Below are positions 62,073-64,000 of a stretch of DNA of 64,000 nt, one piece after another; position 1 is the first letter of the stretch, and each line of letters opens with the position of its first letter. The translations under genes and the position numbers were made by a program. The notes beneath the pieces were generated by a model. It was not told where the DNA came from, ran no database searches, and saw nothing but the letters and a program-made list of their open reading frames with translations. The DNA comes from Histomonas meleagridis 2922-C6/04-290x (lineage: Eukaryota; Protista; Parabasalia): positions 24,598 to 88,597 of the forward strand of contig JAANOX010000048.1 in NCBI GenBank assembly GCA_020184695.1, in the 5' to 3' direction.

Positions 62073-62431
62073 AATAACTTTTTAAATGAAGTTGTTGTTT
62101 TCGGGTGCCCAGAATATAACCGTCATGCAATTTTGTTTTATAAATGTGATTATTTTACACTTGATATGATATTGCTAGAAAAATTTTATTCGTTAAGTGT
62201 TAAAAAAATACATAATTTTATTCAGCAAAAATTTAAAATACAGTTCAACAATTTGAAATTTAAATATTGTTCACAAATTTAGAACAAGAAAATTAAAATT
62301 AAATTGTGAATTTCATTTATGGTCCTGTTTAGATTTTCATGAATAGCTTAAAAAAAATAAATAATACTTCATGAAATTATAATCAGATCAGACAAAATAA
62401 AGTGAAAGTTACAAATTTGTTTAGAAAGAAA

Positions 62432-63124
62432 TCATATTTCTTGTGATGGAAGTTGGTCCAAAGAAATGTTATTTGACATAAGAGGAAGCTTAGTGTAAAG
62501 TGGTCTTTTGAAGTACCAAATTCCAACAACAATAGCAACAACAGCACATACAAAGAAAGCGATTACACAACCAATGAGAACGCGTTGAGTTTTTTCAACT
62601 TCAGCTTGACTTTGTGATTCTTCAATTTCAGAATTAGCAGCAATTTTACGTGGGCGATAACACACCTTATTTCGCTTGCTCCATTTACATGGGTGAATAC
62701 ACTTATCTTTAGACTTAGCTGATGCACATGTTGATTTCTTGCATTTTGTGGTATTGAAAAGCCAATCTTGTGAAAGACATTTTAGACCAAATGGGCCAGA
62801 AGCATCACCTTCAGCACATATACCGAGACCTTCACACCAGCCACATTGCTTGTTGGCGTCATTTGAAACACATTTTTGGCATCCATCATCTGTGAAAAGG
62901 GTGAAGCAAGTACCAAGGCCACCATGTTTACCTGTCATTGAGTTAGTTGATGGGCATTTCTTTGATGGAGTTCCATCATAATTAAATGCAGAATAGCAAG
63001 AATGAGTTTCTACGCAATATCTACAACCAAGATATGATACGCAAGACTGAGGATCAAAAGAAAACAATGAGCAAACATCTTGATCGACAAAAGCTAAGGA
63101 AAGAACCGAAAACAAAGCAATCAT
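62432..63124 (-). CDS. Cys-rich (PSI-like) single-pass surface/endosomal membrane protein
   Basis: Signal peptide MIALFSVLSLAF, PSI-like C..C.....CGWC....C repeats, TM (VLIGCVIAFFVCAVVAIVVGIWYF), tail with YTKL. Confidence 0.7.
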   Translation of the reverse strand: MIALFSVLSLAFVDQDVCSLFSFDPQSCVSYLGCRYCVETHSCYSAFNYDGTPSKKCPSTNSMTGKHGGLGTCFTLFTDDGCQKCVSNDANKQCGWCEGLGICAEGDASGPFGLKCLSQDWLFNTTKCKKSTCASAKSKDKCIHPCKWSKRNKVCYRPRKIAANSEIEESQSQAEVEKTQRVLIGCVIAFFVCAVVAIVVGIWYFKRPLYTKLPLMSNNISLDQLPSQEI

Positions 63125-63291
63125 CTGAACGATCCAGAGTCAAATTGACAAAATTTGAATTAATATGCGTTCAACTAAATTCAAAAAAGTGTCAGACAGA
63201 GACCAAATCAAACAGCACATAAACCTATCAAAAATATTTGTCAGAACGATGCAAAGTTTAAAGAGAAAAACGTTTTATTGATCGGTGACCG

Positions 63292-64000
63292 TTAAAGGTT
63301 TTTAATGATGTTGTTTAATTTTTGAATGAATTCGTTGGTTGTGTCTCGAAGTTCTTTGATTTTTTTATTTTGATTTTCACATATTTCTTCGAGTTCTTTG
63401 ATCTTTTTATTTTGATTTTTACATATTTCTTCAAGTTTTTTGATCTTTTCCTTTTCATCTTCTTCCATTTCTTTTGTGCTGGATGGTGCTGGATAACATT
63501 CATGTTGTCTTTCAATATTTTTATCATTTTCATCTTTTATTGTTATTGACTGTGGTGGTTGGGGAATATTTTCCTTTTCATCTTCTTCCATTTTTTTTTG
63601 TGCTGGATGGTGCTGGATAACATTCATGTTGTCTTTCAATATTTTTATCATTTTCATCTTTTGTTGTTATTGATTGTGATGGTTGGGGAATATTTTCCTT
63701 TTCATCTTCTTCCATTTCTTTTGTGCTGGATGGTGCTGGATAACATTCATGTTGTCTTTCAACATTTTTATCATTTTCACACCTTATATGAGGTTGTTGT
63801 GCTGAAGGTATATTTTCTTTGTTAGCTCCCATTTTTGTTTTTCTAATATTATTTATAAAATCTCTAATACTTATTGAAAACTTTCCGCCATAATCAAAGA
63901 TATCTTCTTTACTCTTTGCATCTTCTGGATTATTACAATGTTTATCTTGGTAATACCAGTTTTTTAGTATCTCCAATTTGATTTTAAGTTTATTTAATCT
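63292..64000 (-). CDS. 3' part of a repeat-containing protein (starts beyond the window), frameshifted at a T9 run
   Basis: Frame is open from 64000. It contains 41-aa repeats (ENDKNIERQHECYPAPSSTKEMEEDEKENIPQP.QSIT.KD). The track ORFs 63578..63976 and 63292..63657 join if T9 (63591-63599) loses one base. Confidence 0.65.
63451..63780. repeat. 123-bp coding tandem repeat (about 2.7 copies)
   Basis: Anchor CTTTTCATCTTCTTCCA at 63451, 63574 and 63698 (spacings 123 and 124). Confidence 0.9.

Noticed and set aside
68-63825. The many 60-140-aa overlapping or antisense ORFs in the track (e.g. 68..319, 3138..3428, 37034..37315, 45124..45498, 57442..57875)
   Set aside because: They are shadows of longer motif-bearing genes, often with non-ATG starts and no independent signal.

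Overview
AT-rich, gene-dense, apparently intron-less eukaryotic DNA. It reads as a parabasalid (Trichomonas/Tritrichomonas/Histomonas-like; inferred, species not determinable). The evidence is very short 5' UTRs with Inr-like TCAYW, M3+M5 (RRCGGTTT...CCTTT) promoters on both ribosomal-protein genes, stops embedded in TAAA, a BspA-type LRR, a transmembrane cyclase and a cathepsin-L-like protease. The code is standard. The window holds about 28 protein genes or gene fragments, tRNA-Arg(ACG), an atypical 100-nt tRNA-like Pol III gene, one complete IS481-like (IS481EU-type) DNA transposon with ~60-bp TIRs and a perfect 15-bp target-site duplication, and a non-coding 55-58-bp tandem array. Strongest leads: (1) a 12-TM MFS-like permease fused in frame to a bacterial-type GH2 glycosidase (LacY-LacZ-like single polypeptide); (2) a Vti1-type SNARE with a C2 domain after its TM anchor; (3) the tRNA-like RNA with intact acceptor, D and T arms but a 45-nt anticodon domain; (4) the transposon and its hairpin-rich 3' region; (5) a NELF-B-like protein. 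Several enzymes look catalytically dead (cyclase, RhoGAP, Rab-like, Arf-like). All family calls are by motif recognition from memory; no database searches were run.
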